A stretch of DNA of 64,000 bases from Candidatus Multivoradales bacterium (GCA_965223855.1 CBDCXM010000009.1:544001-608000); one strand, 5' to 3'. Positions 13,487-23,992 are shown, counted from the stretch's first letter. The notes: generated by a model from the sequence alone, not told the origin. Made by a program: numbers and translations.

Positions 13487-16400
13487 ATGACCCGAACGCT
13501 GCTCTCGACCCGTCTCGCGCTACTCGTGTCCATCGCCGGCGCCTCGATGCTGGCGGCCTACCAAGGCCCGATCCAGATCGTCAGCCACCAGCCGGGGAGT
13601 CCAGTCGGCGGCAACGGCCCCAGCCGCAGCTCCGACGTCAGCTGGGACGGCCGCTACGTGGTCTTCGATTCCACCGCCGACAATCTGGTGGCAAACGACG
13701 ACAACGGGCGCCGGGACGTTTTCCTGTGGGATCGCAAGACCGGCGACCTCACCGCGATCAGCGTGGTAAATCCGGCGGACCCCGAGTCAAGCACCGCTAA
13801 CGACGACAGTAACAACCCGAGCATCAGCGCCGACGGCAAGTTCGTCGTGTTCACGTCGCACGCCAGCGACCTGCCGGGCGCCAATGACGAGTGCAACACG
13901 TTTCTCTGGGACCGGGAGGCTGAGACGATCGAGATCGTCAGCGTCAAGGACAGCGGACACGGCTCGGGCCCCGGCAATGGCGCCTGCGGTTACGGCACAC
14001 CCGGGGTCAGTGACGACGGCGTGCGAGTGATCTTTGCTTCCACCTCCTGCGATCTCGTCCCGGATGACAGCCAGACTTGCTGGCCGTACGATTGGTCGCA
14101 GATCTTCGTTCGGAACCGTCGGTTCAGGACGACACGACGGCTGACGGACCCCGTCGATCCGACTGAGGAGAGGCCGAACGACCACAGCTCCGACCCCGTC
14201 ATCAGTGCCGACGGACGAAGCTTCGCCTTCCGTACCGCAGCGACGAACATCCCCGGCACTCCGAGCTGTTGCATCACGACGGTCGTCGAGCGCGATGGCG
14301 CCATCTTCGGAATCGACGACGGCGCCAGCCAACCCATCACGGGGAAGGATCTCGGGATCTCCGGTGACGGCAGCACGGTCGTCTTCAGCTCGACGACCGC
14401 TCACGTGCCGGAGGACACGGACGGGAAGTGGGACGCCTACGCCTGGACGCCGCAGGGCCTCAAGCTACTGAGCGGCGACGTTCCGGGTAACCCGCATCTC
14501 AAGTGGCCGGCGATCGACGACCGGGGGCGCAACGTAGTCTTCGAGTCCGCAAATCAGGTCTGGCACTACAACATGGAGTCCGGTGAAACAACACCGGTGA
14601 TCGTCCGCACGGACGGCAGCCCGCCAGGCTTCGGCGCCTACGACGGGCACATCAGCGGCGACGGAAGGAACGTCGTGTTCACCAGCCGCGATCACCTCCT
14701 GGTCGAGGGCGACGACAACGGGAACCAGTACGACGTCTTCTTTCGTGGAGATCTTCTCGATCTCGTGGATCCCTTCCACGAGCTGCTGGACAAGGATAGC
14801 GGCAAGATCGACAGCGAGGCTCACCACTGGGCGCGGCCGGATCTCACCGAGGTGAGCTCGGTGGTGGCCGACGGTGTCACTCCGATCATCATCCGCTACT
14901 TCGCCCACGACGTTCCCGGCACAGTGACGTTCTCGATCGACAGCCCGTTCGCCGACAGCGGCACCTTGAGCACCCGTGTGGGCTTCGCGAGCGGCGCTCC
15001 CGAGCGCCTTCAGACACTCGAGAGCGTCGCCACCGAGCCGACGCAGGCCGGCGAAGTGGCCTTCGCGCTCTACGAACCCCCATTGAACTTCGTGCGCCAG
15101 GGGGGCGCACCCACCTGCCCGGGCGGCACCGCGGAAGACACCTGCCGCGAAAGCCGGCTCGTGACCATCGCTGTCGACTTCACCCCGACCTCGGGATCTC
15201 GTTCGAGCGCGATCGCGCAGATCCCGCTCCTCCGGCCTCCCACGATGCTTGTCCACGGCCTCTGGCCCAAGAAGCAAACCTGGGAGCTAGACCTCATGTC
15301 GGACACCCGCTTTCACATCTACACTCACGACTACAAATCCACCAGCGGTCTCGCCTTCGCCGACAACCTCCTCCAACCGTACCTCGGTACCCGTCAGCTC
15401 CTCAGCGAGGTCCGAGCCCGACGCACCGCTGTGACCCAGATCGACTACGTGGGGCACAGCATGGGCGGAATCCTCGGCCGGATCTTCGTTGGCCGCCCTC
15501 CCGGCTACGACCCCTTCCCCGACTACGCGCCCGGCGAAACTTACGGTCAAGGCTACTTTCACAAGCTGATTACGGTCGGCAGTCCACACCGCGGTTCCCC
15601 TCATGCCAACTGCTACGAGCGCCTTCCCTCAGCCATCCGGGCGCTCATAGCTTCTGTCCAGGGGTATCGGTTCGGCGGAGTCGACGCGCTAGAGGATCTC
15701 GCGGTCGGTAGCGCAGTCAACCTCGCCCTCCCGGACGCCAACGTTTTCAGCCACGCAGTCGCCGGACTCGGTGGACGAGCTCTGTTCGACGACGCTCCTC
15801 TTGTGAACTGGCATCCCGCTTTCGCCATGCAACTGGACATCCTCGAGACCATGGGTGTTCCTACGCACGACGCCCTCTTTCCGGCGAGTTCGGAGCATGA
15901 TCTGGTGGTCGCTCAAGCGAGTCAGGAGGGGCGGCTTGCCCCCGACCACACGACTGGCCTTCTGGAAGAACTTCACATCGGCCCGAATTCCGAAACCAAC
16001 AGCGACGACGCCAACTGGGTCCTGGACTCCCTGTTGAACGAGCCGATCGACCCGCTCTTCGGGAGTTTCGCCTCGGCCTTCCCATTCCGCGATCCCGCAG
16101 ACATCGACCCCAGTGAACAGCTCTCGCCCACCCTCTGTGACGCCACCTGGGCGCAAGGCATTGGTGAGCTCGCCATCTCGGGTCCAGTGGTCGCCGCGCC
16201 CGGAGACACCGTCACGATCACGGTCGACGCAGACTTCAACACCCCGGTGCCGCCGCCGATCGATCGCGTTGTCGCCTACACCCGATTCTCCCAATCGGCC
16301 GCCCAGTCGGTCGCCGGGCCCTTCTTCGGGGCGCAGACCTTCGACATCCAGATGGACGTCCCGGCGGACGAGCACGGGACCGTTCAGGTCGAAGTCATCG

Positions 16401-17041
16401 CGTTCGCGAGCGGAGCCTCGGAGTACTACCTCGGACCCGGAATCACTTTCGAGGTGATTCCGACCGCGGAGCTCGAGTCCCTGCGTGTGGAGCCAGACCC
16501 GATGTTCCTCGACTACCTCACACCGTCGCAGAACCTGGTCGTGCACGGCACCTATGACGACGGCGTCGAACGCAGGATCCAGGGGCCTGAAGCCGGGACC
16601 ACATACACCAGCGACGACCCTCTCGTGGCCACGGTCGACGCCTACGGCAAGGTCGAAGCGATCAATCTCGGGTCCACCGCGATCCTCGTCGAGAACTCCG
16701 GGGTGGAGGACCACGCCACGATCCACGTCGGTACCAGCCGACTCAGACATCTCGATCCGTTGCCCTCTTCGAGGGATCTCTGGCTTCGTGTCGCTAGTGC
16801 CGAACCCGGCGCGACGATCGCCTTCTACTGGGATACCGACGCCGGCTCGGATGAAGTGCCGGGTTGTCCGGGTCTGACTTTCGGTCTCGACCAGGCCAAC
16901 CTCGAGGGGACGGCAACAGCCTCCTCGGACGGAACCGCCACGATCAAGCTCAACGGCGCCATCCAGGGTACGACCTATCTCCTTCAAGCGGTGGACGAGT
17001 CGCTTTGTGCCGTGAGCAACCTAGTTGAGGCCGACTGGTAG
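13487..17041 (+). CDS. Large secreted protein: TolB/PD40-like propeller + lipase-like alpha/beta hydrolase + Ig-like (Big_2) domain
   Basis: RBS GGGGAGGA; signal peptide; repeated SxDGRxVVF; VHGLW, GHSMGG, GSPHRGS; YTSDDPLVATVDAYGKVEA. Confidence 0.85.
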   Translation: MTRTLLSTRLALLVSIAGASMLAAYQGPIQIVSHQPGSPVGGNGPSRSSDVSWDGRYVVFDSTADNLVANDDNGRRDVFLWDRKTGDLTAISVVNPADPESSTANDDSNNPSISADGKFVVFTSHASDLPGANDECNTFLWDREAETIEIVSVKDSGHGSGPGNGACGYGTPGVSDDGVRVIFASTSCDLVPDDSQTCWPYDWSQIFVRNRRFRTTRRLTDPVDPTEERPNDHSSDPVISADGRSFAFRTAATNIPGTPSCCITTVVERDGAIFGIDDGASQPITGKDLGISGDGSTVVFSSTTAHVPEDTDGKWDAYAWTPQGLKLLSGDVPGNPHLKWPAIDDRGRNVVFESANQVWHYNMESGETTPVIVRTDGSPPGFGAYDGHISGDGRNVVFTSRDHLLVEGDDNGNQYDVFFRGDLLDLVDPFHELLDKDSGKIDSEAHHWARPDLTEVSSVVADGVTPIIIRYFAHDVPGTVTFSIDSPFADSGTLSTRVGFASGAPERLQTLESVATEPTQAGEVAFALYEPPLNFVRQGGAPTCPGGTAEDTCRESRLVTIAVDFTPTSGSRSSAIAQIPLLRPPTMLVHGLWPKKQTWELDLMSDTRFHIYTHDYKSTSGLAFADNLLQPYLGTRQLLSEVRARRTAVTQIDYVGHSMGGILGRIFVGRPPGYDPFPDYAPGETYGQGYFHKLITVGSPHRGSPHANCYERLPSAIRALIASVQGYRFGGVDALEDLAVGSAVNLALPDANVFSHAVAGLGGRALFDDAPLVNWHPAFAMQLDILETMGVPTHDALFPASSEHDLVVAQASQEGRLAPDHTTGLLEELHIGPNSETNSDDANWVLDSLLNEPIDPLFGSFASAFPFRDPADIDPSEQLSPTLCDATWAQGIGELAISGPVVAAPGDTVTITVDADFNTPVPPPIDRVVAYTRFSQSAAQSVAGPFFGAQTFDIQMDVPADEHGTVQVEVIAFASGASEYYLGPGITFEVIPTAELESLRVEPDPMFLDYLTPSQNLVVHGTYDDGVERRIQGPEAGTTYTSDDPLVATVDAYGKVEAINLGSTAILVENSGVEDHATIHVGTSRLRHLDPLPSSRDLWLRVASAEPGATIAFYWDTDAGSDEVPGCPGLTFGLDQANLEGTATASSDGTATIKLNGAIQGTTYLLQAVDESLCAVSNLVEADW

Positions 17042-17103
17042 GCCACGAGGCAAGGACGCTGCCGGAGCCCGATCAACACGCCAGCAGCGGCGGATCCCTG
17101 CTG

Positions 17104-17143
17104 TCCGTCACCTAATCTCTACTGGAGCTATTGGGTGACCGGA
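17104..17143. terminator. Hairpin between convergent genes
   Basis: TCCGTCACCTAAT...ATTGGGTGACCGGA imperfect inverted repeat. Confidence 0.4.
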
Positions 17144-17150
17144 GGCCTCG

Positions 17151-18389
17151 TCAGGAGGCCTCCGCCACCCTCCTGTCCGCCAACAACCCCATCACCTCGT
17201 CCACCTGCTGCCACCCCTGTCGCATGAGAAAGCTCGTGTTCCGCCCATAGGACTTCGCGCCGAGGATGAAGAACCCCGGCTCCGGGTTGACGAGGGTGTC
17301 GGCGCCGTGGCTCTCCTGGGCGAGACAGTCGCTGCTCCCCGCCCCCAGCAGCGCGGCGGCGAGTTTCATCGGGCCGCTGGTGGCGTAGCACTCGTGGATC
17401 TGGAGCTGTCGGTAGAGGGTGTGGTCGCCGACGGAGCCGGTGAGGCCGAGGACGCGATCGACCTCGAGCGTCTCGGTCGAGCCGTCGGTCGAGCGCAGGG
17501 TGACGGCGACGCCGTCTTCCCGCGGCTCGAAGCGGTCGATGACGACGCCGAGGCGGGTCTCGAAGCCGGGGGCGCCCACTTCGACGAGACCGCGGGCGGC
17601 GGCGGTGAGGCGCGAGCGTTCCGGCAGCGGGTCTTCGGGATCGACGTGCCAGCTCGGCTGCTCGCTTCGCAGCGCCCAGACGACCTGCGTGCCGTCGTCT
17701 TCCGCCGCGAGCTTCGCCAGACCTTCGGCGGCGGTCTGTGCCGAGTGGCCGGCGCCGACCAGCAGCACCCGGCGGCCACGCCAAGCGGCCGCATCGGCTT
17801 CGAGGTCGGGGATGCGTTGGGAGATGGAGCCCGACGCACTCGCTTCTCCGGGCGCCGGGATGCCGCCATCGCCGAGTCGATTCGGCTCCGAGTAGCTGCC
17901 GCTGCAGTCGAATACCAGGTCGGCGTGGTCGATGCGTTGCTCGCCGGCACCGTTCTCGACGAGCAGCCGGAAGCGGCGGGTCTCGCGCTCCCCGTCGCCG
18001 ATCGCCTCGTGCTTGAGCAACCCCTCGCGGCCTACGCTGACGACCCGGCTGCCGAGTTGCAGCCCTTCGGCCAGGGGTGAGGCTGCCGCGAGCGGCTCGA
18101 ACACCGTGCGGCGCAGCTCCGCGCCGGTCGGGCAGCTCTCGTCGTCCGGCGCCGAGCGGCCGAGCTTTTCGAGCGCGGCGCGCATGCGCGGCGAGACGTC
18201 GAGCGACCACGGCGAGAAGAGCCGCACGTGGCCCCAGTCGTCCATGTTGCCGGCGATCTTCGGCGCCGCTTCGTAGAGGGTGAAGCTCCACGCCTGCTCG
18301 GCCGCGGCCAGGGCGGCGTCGATGCCGGTCGGGCCGGCGCCGAGGATGGCGAGATGGGGGCTGCCGGTCAGGTCAGTCGTGTCGGTCAT
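17151..18389 (-). CDS. FAD/NAD(P)-dependent oxidoreductase (flavin monooxygenase-like, of a type often found in ars operons)
   Basis: GAGPTG, WGHVRLFSPW, GAGHSA, QIHECY, PEPGFFILGAKSYGR; TGATG coupling to upstream gene. Confidence 0.85.
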   Translation of the reverse strand: MTDTTDLTGSPHLAILGAGPTGIDAALAAAEQAWSFTLYEAAPKIAGNMDDWGHVRLFSPWSLDVSPRMRAALEKLGRSAPDDESCPTGAELRRTVFEPLAAASPLAEGLQLGSRVVSVGREGLLKHEAIGDGERETRRFRLLVENGAGEQRIDHADLVFDCSGSYSEPNRLGDGGIPAPGEASASGSISQRIPDLEADAAAWRGRRVLLVGAGHSAQTAAEGLAKLAAEDDGTQVVWALRSEQPSWHVDPEDPLPERSRLTAAARGLVEVGAPGFETRLGVVIDRFEPREDGVAVTLRSTDGSTETLEVDRVLGLTGSVGDHTLYRQLQIHECYATSGPMKLAAALLGAGSSDCLAQESHGADTLVNPEPGFFILGAKSYGRNTSFLMRQGWQQVDEVMGLLADRRVAEAS

Positions 18390-19408
18390 CAGAACCTCGA
18401 TGCGGCCCGCTCTCGGGCCGGCAGGATTTCCAGGCAGGTGGTCCACCAGCCGGTGAGCACAGTCTCGACGAACTCCTCGGGAAGTTCCTCGGCGCGCATC
18501 TCGGCGGCGAGCGCCTCGTGATCGTAGGCGAGCGGCACCAGTTCGACGCCGAGCTCGCTCCCGTCCGCCTCTAGCAGCGCGTACCAGACGTTGGTCCGGC
18601 CGTCGTTCGCCGGCCGGCCGATGACGCCGACGTTGACGAGGTCGCGCCCCGACGGCAAGCGACGGTGCCAGTGGAGCCCGCTGTGCGTGCACAGCACGCC
18701 GTCGCAGCGCTCGCGATCGAGCATCACTTCGAGGAACGGCACCGGGGCGGTCGACTCGAACAGGAACTCGTTGACCCGTCGCGGCGAGCCGTGGACGAGC
18801 AGCAGCTCGCGCTCGCCGACCCGGATCCGGCGCCGTCGCGGAAGCTCTCCCATCCAAGCCTTGAAGTCGTCCGAACAGCGCTCGGCGGTGTAGCGGTAGG
18901 AGAGCTCGGCGAAATGGTTGTCGCGCGGGTCGGTGTAGCCGCAGTTGCAGTCCTCGTGGCCGGTCGAGAGCGACTCCTCGTAGTTGCCCTGCAGCACCCG
19001 GACGTCGTGCTCGACCAGCAGCGGCCACACCTTCTCCGGGTTGGGCCCGAACCCGCCGAGGTCGCCGAGGCAGTAGAGCCGCTCGGCGCCCCGCTTGCGC
19101 GCGTCGTCGATCAGCGCCTGCAACGCGTAGTGGTTGTTGTAGACGCCGCCGAAGACGGCGACCCGCTCGAACGGACCTTCGATCGGTGTCGCATCGGTCG
19201 GCAGCTCGAGATAGCGCTCGGCCTCGGCAGCACGCTGCTCGTCCGCAAGGGTGCGGCCGGCGGTAGCGGTAGCGCGATGGAACTCGCCCAGCGGCACCAG
19301 CCGCTCCCCCCAGGTCGCCATGCCGCGATGCGCGGTGAGCTTGGCGCGCCGCTCTTCGTCGCGCAGCTCTTTGGGCTGACGCGGTTCGCTGGGCTTGCGG
19401 GAGGGCAT
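18389..19408 (-). CDS. Calcineurin-like metallophosphoesterase
   Basis: GGVYNN, CLGDL, GNYE, DCNCGY, HGSP, THSG, NVGVIGRP. Confidence 0.88.
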   Translation of the reverse strand: MPSRKPSEPRQPKELRDEERRAKLTAHRGMATWGERLVPLGEFHRATATAGRTLADEQRAAEAERYLELPTDATPIEGPFERVAVFGGVYNNHYALQALIDDARKRGAERLYCLGDLGGFGPNPEKVWPLLVEHDVRVLQGNYEESLSTGHEDCNCGYTDPRDNHFAELSYRYTAERCSDDFKAWMGELPRRRRIRVGERELLLVHGSPRRVNEFLFESTAPVPFLEVMLDRERCDGVLCTHSGLHWHRRLPSGRDLVNVGVIGRPANDGRTNVWYALLEADGSELGVELVPLAYDHEALAAEMRAEELPEEFVETVLTGWWTTCLEILPARERAASRF

Positions 19409-19581
19409 GGGGGGCGGCCTCGGGGCTCTAGAGGTCTACGGAGACGGACGCGGCCGGGATTGGCCGCGCAGCGTGCCGCGGATTCTACGCCCTGGCCGCG
19501 CCCGGGCCGGGCCGAGGGGCTAAGATGCCGCGAAGCTTCACTCCCAAGAACGGTTTCCGAGACTCCTCTGGAGGTGTGCGC

Positions 19582-20829
19582 GTGGAACGGCTGATCAGTC
19601 TGCTCGGTCTCTTCACCATGGTCGGTCTGGCGTGGGCGATGAGTTCCCACAAGAGGCGGGTCTCCTGGCGCCTGGTCGGCGCGGGGATGGCGCTCCAGTT
19701 CGTCTTCGCCCTGCTGATCCTGAAGACCGTCCCCGGGCAGGCCGTGTTCGCCGCCATGGGCGACTTCTTCCAGCAGATCCTCGGCTTCGTCGATCGCGGG
19801 TCGGCCTTCATGTTCGACATCTATCCGCGGCCCGGCGACGAGCCGCTGCCGCCGACCTACACGCTGTGGCGCTCGTTCGCCTTCGGAGTGCTGCCGACGG
19901 TCGTCTTCTTTTCGTCGCTGATGGCGATCCTCTACCACGTCGGCTTCATGCAGAAGGTGGTGCAGCTCTTCGCCTGGATCATGCAGCGCACGCTCGGCAC
20001 CTCGGGCGCCGAGAGCCTGTCGGCCGCGGCCAACATCTTCGTCGGCCAGACCGAGGCACCGCTGGTGATCCGCCCCTACGTCGCCAAGATGACGATGTCC
20101 GAGCTCAACGCGGTCATGGTCGGCGGCTTCGCCACCATCGCCGGCGGCGTGCTGGCGGCGTTCGTCGCCATGGGTCTCGACGCCGGGCACCTCATCACCG
20201 CGTCGGTGATCTCGGCACCCGCCGCGCTGCTGATCGCCAAGGTGATGCAGCCCGAGGTCGAGGAGCCGAAGACGCTCGGCTCCGTGAAGCTCGAGGTGGA
20301 GAAGCACAACGTCAACGTCGTCGAGGCGGCGGCGACCGGTGCCAGCGACGGCATCAAGCTCGCCTTCAACATCGCCGCGATGCTGATCGCATTCGTCGCC
20401 CTGGTGGCGATGGCCAACGCGCTGCTGGGCTGGTTCGGAGGGTTCTTCGGCTTCGAGGGTGAGACCGCATGGAGCCTCGAGAAGGCGTTCGGGCTCGTCT
20501 TCGCGCCGCTCGCCTACCTGATGGGGATTCCGTGGAGCGAGTGCCGCCTCGCCGGCGAGATCATCGGCACCAAGACGGCGGTCAACGAGTTCGTCGCCTT
20601 CGCCAGTCTCAGCACCCGGCTCGAGATGTTCAGCGAACGCACCGTCACGATCCTCACCTACGCCCTGGCCGGCTTCGCCAACTTCAGCTCGATCGGCATC
20701 CAGCTGGGCGGCATCGGCGCCATGGCCCCGGAGCGCCGCAGCGACCTCGCTCGCCTCGGCGTCAGGGCGATGATCGGAGGCACTCTCGCCGCCTTCATGA
20801 CGGCCTGTGTGGCGGGCCTCCTGATCTAA
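19582..20829 (+). CDS. nupC: Concentrative nucleoside transporter (CNT/NupC)
   Basis: RBS GGAGGT; FAFGVLPTVVFFS, ANIFVGQTEAPL, GFATIAG, NEFVAF, GFANFSSIGI. Confidence 0.95.
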   Translation: MERLISLLGLFTMVGLAWAMSSHKRRVSWRLVGAGMALQFVFALLILKTVPGQAVFAAMGDFFQQILGFVDRGSAFMFDIYPRPGDEPLPPTYTLWRSFAFGVLPTVVFFSSLMAILYHVGFMQKVVQLFAWIMQRTLGTSGAESLSAAANIFVGQTEAPLVIRPYVAKMTMSELNAVMVGGFATIAGGVLAAFVAMGLDAGHLITASVISAPAALLIAKVMQPEVEEPKTLGSVKLEVEKHNVNVVEAAATGASDGIKLAFNIAAMLIAFVALVAMANALLGWFGGFFGFEGETAWSLEKAFGLVFAPLAYLMGIPWSECRLAGEIIGTKTAVNEFVAFASLSTRLEMFSERTVTILTYALAGFANFSSIGIQLGGIGAMAPERRSDLARLGVRAMIGGTLAAFMTACVAGLLI

Positions 20830-20844
20830 CCCGTTCCCGTCCTC

Positions 20845-20850
20845 TATAAT
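20845..20850 (+). promoter_or_regulatory. Putative sigma70 -10 box
   Basis: Perfect TATAAT in a very GC-rich context, 75 nt upstream of the M15 peptidase gene. Confidence 0.4.
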
Positions 20851-20925
20851 CGGCAGTCCCTGGAGAACGAAACGCCCGTGTTGGTCGGGGTTTAGCGGCC
20901 AATCGGACAAAGGACTCGAGTCGCC

Positions 20926-21840
20926 TTGGATCGACGCAGCTTCCTGAGGATCGTCCCCCGCGTCGCCGGCGCCGCGACCGTCGGCGCGTTGCTGAAGGGG
21001 GGTTCTCCAGGTTCCAGACCCATGGAGGTCGATGAGGCGCTCGCCGCCGACCACACGGTCGAGCCGACGCGCGACGAGGGGAGCTTCGTCGCGCCGCCGA
21101 TTCACGGCGACTCGCCGCCGTCGGTCGCCCGCGCGGTCGTCAAGGCGCGCGACTTCGACCGCGCCTACGACGACGACGTCTGGATCGAGGATCCTCAGTG
21201 GGACATCCTCGTCTCCACCGCCGCCAGGCTCGAGCGGGCGCAGATCGTCGTCGGTCACGGCAACTTCAACCGCGTCGGCTTCGACGAGGTCGTGTCGTTC
21301 GCCAACAGCTATCCCGACATCGGCATCTTCGATCGCGAAGAGCTCGAGCTGATGGACGAGCTCTTTCACGCAGACGTCTCGAGCTACGGCTTCCTCGGCG
21401 ACAAGGTGATCGAGAACCTGACCGACCAGCTCGCGGAGAACGAACTCGAGCGGATCGCCGGCACCGGCCACTATCTGCTGCGCGGGCCGTCGCTCGAGAA
21501 GTACGAGCAGATCCGGCGCGACATCGGCGACTCCGTGCTCCTGACCTCGGGAGTCCGCGGCCTCGCCAAGCAGTACCACCTGTTCCTGCGCAAGGCGGTC
21601 GAGACCCAGGGCAACCTGTCGCAGGCGGCTCGCTCGCTGGCGCCGCCCGGATACTCGTTCCACGCGATCGGCGACTTCGACATCGGCAAGCGCGGCCTCG
21701 GCCCGGCCAACTTCACCGACTCCTTCGCCGACACCGACGAGTTCAGGAAGCTCATCGACCTCGGCTACATCGACATCCGCTACCCGGAGTCGAACGAGTA
21801 CGGCGTGCGCCACGAGCCGTGGCACATCAAGATCGGCTGA
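20926..21840 (+). CDS. Tat-exported M15 (VanY-like) D,D-carboxypeptidase
   Basis: DRRSFL twin-Arg signal; SGVR, APPGYSFH, D, EPWH zinc motifs. Confidence 0.85.
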   Translation: MDRRSFLRIVPRVAGAATVGALLKGGSPGSRPMEVDEALAADHTVEPTRDEGSFVAPPIHGDSPPSVARAVVKARDFDRAYDDDVWIEDPQWDILVSTAARLERAQIVVGHGNFNRVGFDEVVSFANSYPDIGIFDREELELMDELFHADVSSYGFLGDKVIENLTDQLAENELERIAGTGHYLLRGPSLEKYEQIRRDIGDSVLLTSGVRGLAKQYHLFLRKAVETQGNLSQAARSLAPPGYSFHAIGDFDIGKRGLGPANFTDSFADTDEFRKLIDLGYIDIRYPESNEYGVRHEPWHIKIG

Positions 21841-21992
21841 CCCGCTCCGGAGGCTGAGGCTCGCCCCTTCGCCGCGACAGGGACGGCGGCGAGCGAGGTC
21901 GCAAGGGGGGGAAGGCACCGAGAGCCGGGAGCAGGCGCGCAGCGACGAGCTATCGCGCGGCCCCGGCTGCGCGCGGCGTAGACTCGCCTGCC

Positions 21993-23327
21993 GTGTCTGC
22001 CCGCTCCGAGACCCCACCCGCCGCCGCGGTGGGCTACCTCGAACTCGTCCGTCGCAACCGCGACTTCCGGCGGCTGTGGCTGGGCGACGTCGCGTCGCAC
22101 CTCGGCGACTGGTTCAACACGATCGCCGTCTACACGCTGATCGACCGCCTCACCGGCTCGCCGCTGGCGCTGGGGCTGGTCTTCCTCACCAAGTCGCTGC
22201 CGTTCGCGCTCGCCGCCCCGATCGCCGGCCTCGTCGCCGATCGCTTCGACCGGCGACGGCTGATGATCGGTTGCGACCTCGTCAGGGCGCTCGTGGTGCT
22301 CGGCCTGCTGCTGGTGAGAGAGCCCGACGACGTGGTCTGGATCTACGTCCTCGGAGCGCTGCAGATGCTCGCGAGCGCGGTCTTCATTCCGGCTCGCTCG
22401 GCGTCGATCCCCAACGTCACCTCCGAGCGTGAGCTGCTGACCGCGAACGCGCTGTCGGCCGGCACCTGGTCGGCCCTTCTCGCCCTCGGAGCGGCGGTCG
22501 GCGGGTTCGCCACCGAGTGGCTCGGGGTGCGGGCCGTGTTCGTGATCGACAGCCTCACGTACCTCGTCTCCGCCTGGCTCGTCTGGCGGACCGTCATCCC
22601 CCAGCAGACCGACGCGGAGCCCTCCAGGGAGGCAGGGCTCGCGCCGCTGATCGGCACGGCGAGGCGCCAGGTGGTCGACGGTTGGCGCCAGCTACGGCAC
22701 GACCCGCGGATCGGCCGCGCTGCACTCGTCAAGTCCGCGTGGGCGCTCGGCGGCGGCGGCCTCGTCTACATGCTGGCGCTGCTGGGAGGTCAACTGACCC
22801 CTGCCGCACCGGCGCTCGGGATCGGATGGCTCTACGCGGCGCGCGGCCTCGGCACGGGCGTCGGCCCCGTGCTGCTGCGGAGATTCCTCCCGGCTCGCGA
22901 GCGCTGGCCGGGAGCCATCGGCTGGGGAATCGTCGTGAGCGGCCTCGGCTACTGGGCGGTCTCAGGCCTCTCCGCCCTACCGGCGCTCTTGCTGCTGGTG
23001 GTCCTCGCCCACTCGACCAGCGGCGCCAACTGGGTCGCCTCGACGGTCCTTCTCCAGGAGCGGACCGCCGATCGCTATCGCGGCCGGGTCTTCGCCACCG
23101 AGTGGCTGCTGCTGACGCTGGTCGACTCGCTGGCGATCCTGGTCGCCAGCCTGGTACTGGAGCGCGGGCTCCTGACGCTTCGTCAGGGCCTCTTCACCTT
23201 CGGCACCGTCCAGGTGCTGACGGGATTGCTATGGCTCGTCACGGCGGCGCGTGCAGAGAGGAAGGGCGGCGACGAAGGCCCTGACAACCCGGGAAGCTCG
23301 GAAGGTCAAAGCCACATCTCCATGTAG
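21993..23327 (+). CDS. MFS transporter (DHA3-like)
   Basis: FRRLWLG, GLVADRFDRRRLM, YRGRVF; about 12 TM. Confidence 0.92.
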   Translation: MSARSETPPAAAVGYLELVRRNRDFRRLWLGDVASHLGDWFNTIAVYTLIDRLTGSPLALGLVFLTKSLPFALAAPIAGLVADRFDRRRLMIGCDLVRALVVLGLLLVREPDDVVWIYVLGALQMLASAVFIPARSASIPNVTSERELLTANALSAGTWSALLALGAAVGGFATEWLGVRAVFVIDSLTYLVSAWLVWRTVIPQQTDAEPSREAGLAPLIGTARRQVVDGWRQLRHDPRIGRAALVKSAWALGGGGLVYMLALLGGQLTPAAPALGIGWLYAARGLGTGVGPVLLRRFLPARERWPGAIGWGIVVSGLGYWAVSGLSALPALLLLVVLAHSTSGANWVASTVLLQERTADRYRGRVFATEWLLLTLVDSLAILVASLVLERGLLTLRQGLFTFGTVQVLTGLLWLVTAARAERKGGDEGPDNPGSSEGQSHISM

Positions 23328-23356
23328 GACCGTTCTCGGTGTACGCTTCGCCGGCC

Positions 23357-23977
23357 ATGCTGCACGTCGTCGATCACCCGTTGATTCGCCACAAAGTCGG
23401 TTACCTGCGCGATCAGTCGACCTCGCCGTCGCTGTTTCGAGCCATCGTCACGGAGCTGTCGGCCATGATGATCGTGGAAGCACTCCGCGACGCGCCGACC
23501 GAGGCCTCGAGTGTCTTGACCTGGTCCGGACCGGCTCAGGTCCAGCGAGTTTCCGGCGAGAAGCTGGTGTTGTGCCCGATCCTCCGCGCCGGCCTCGGCA
23601 TGCTGGCTGGAGCGCAGTTGATTCTGCCGACCGCCGGCGTCGCCACCCTCGGGCTCGAGCGCGACGAGGAGACCCTCGAGCCGCGCGTCTACTACGAGAA
23701 GATGCCCGCCACCCTGCAGGGAGCCACGGTGCTGCTACTCGACCCGATGCTGGCGACCGGTGGCAGCGCGGTCGCAGCAGCCGCGAGGCTGCGCGCCGAA
23801 GGAGCCGCGCGGATTCGCGGTCTCTTCCTGATCTCGGCGCCTGAAGGGGTCGCGAGGCTCGAGAGGGCAGAGCCGGAGATGGACATCTACACCGCGGCCC
23901 TCGACCACCGTCTCAATCGCCGCGGCTACATCCTGCCGGGGCTCGGCGACGCGGGCGACCGGCTCTTCGGCACCTGA
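23357..23977 (+). CDS. upp: Uracil phosphoribosyltransferase
   Basis: HPLIRHK, PILRAGLGM, RDEETL, DPMLATGGS, GYILPGLGDAGDRLFGT. Confidence 0.97.
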   Translation: MLHVVDHPLIRHKVGYLRDQSTSPSLFRAIVTELSAMMIVEALRDAPTEASSVLTWSGPAQVQRVSGEKLVLCPILRAGLGMLAGAQLILPTAGVATLGLERDEETLEPRVYYEKMPATLQGATVLLLDPMLATGGSAVAAAARLRAEGAARIRGLFLISAPEGVARLERAEPEMDIYTAALDHRLNRRGYILPGLGDAGDRLFGT

Positions 23978-23992
23978 GCGGTAGCGCCACCG

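Noticed and set aside
19111-22017. 968-aa minus-strand ORF and the many other long overlapping ORFs
   Set aside because: Antisense or shifted-frame shadows of real genes, expected at this GC content.
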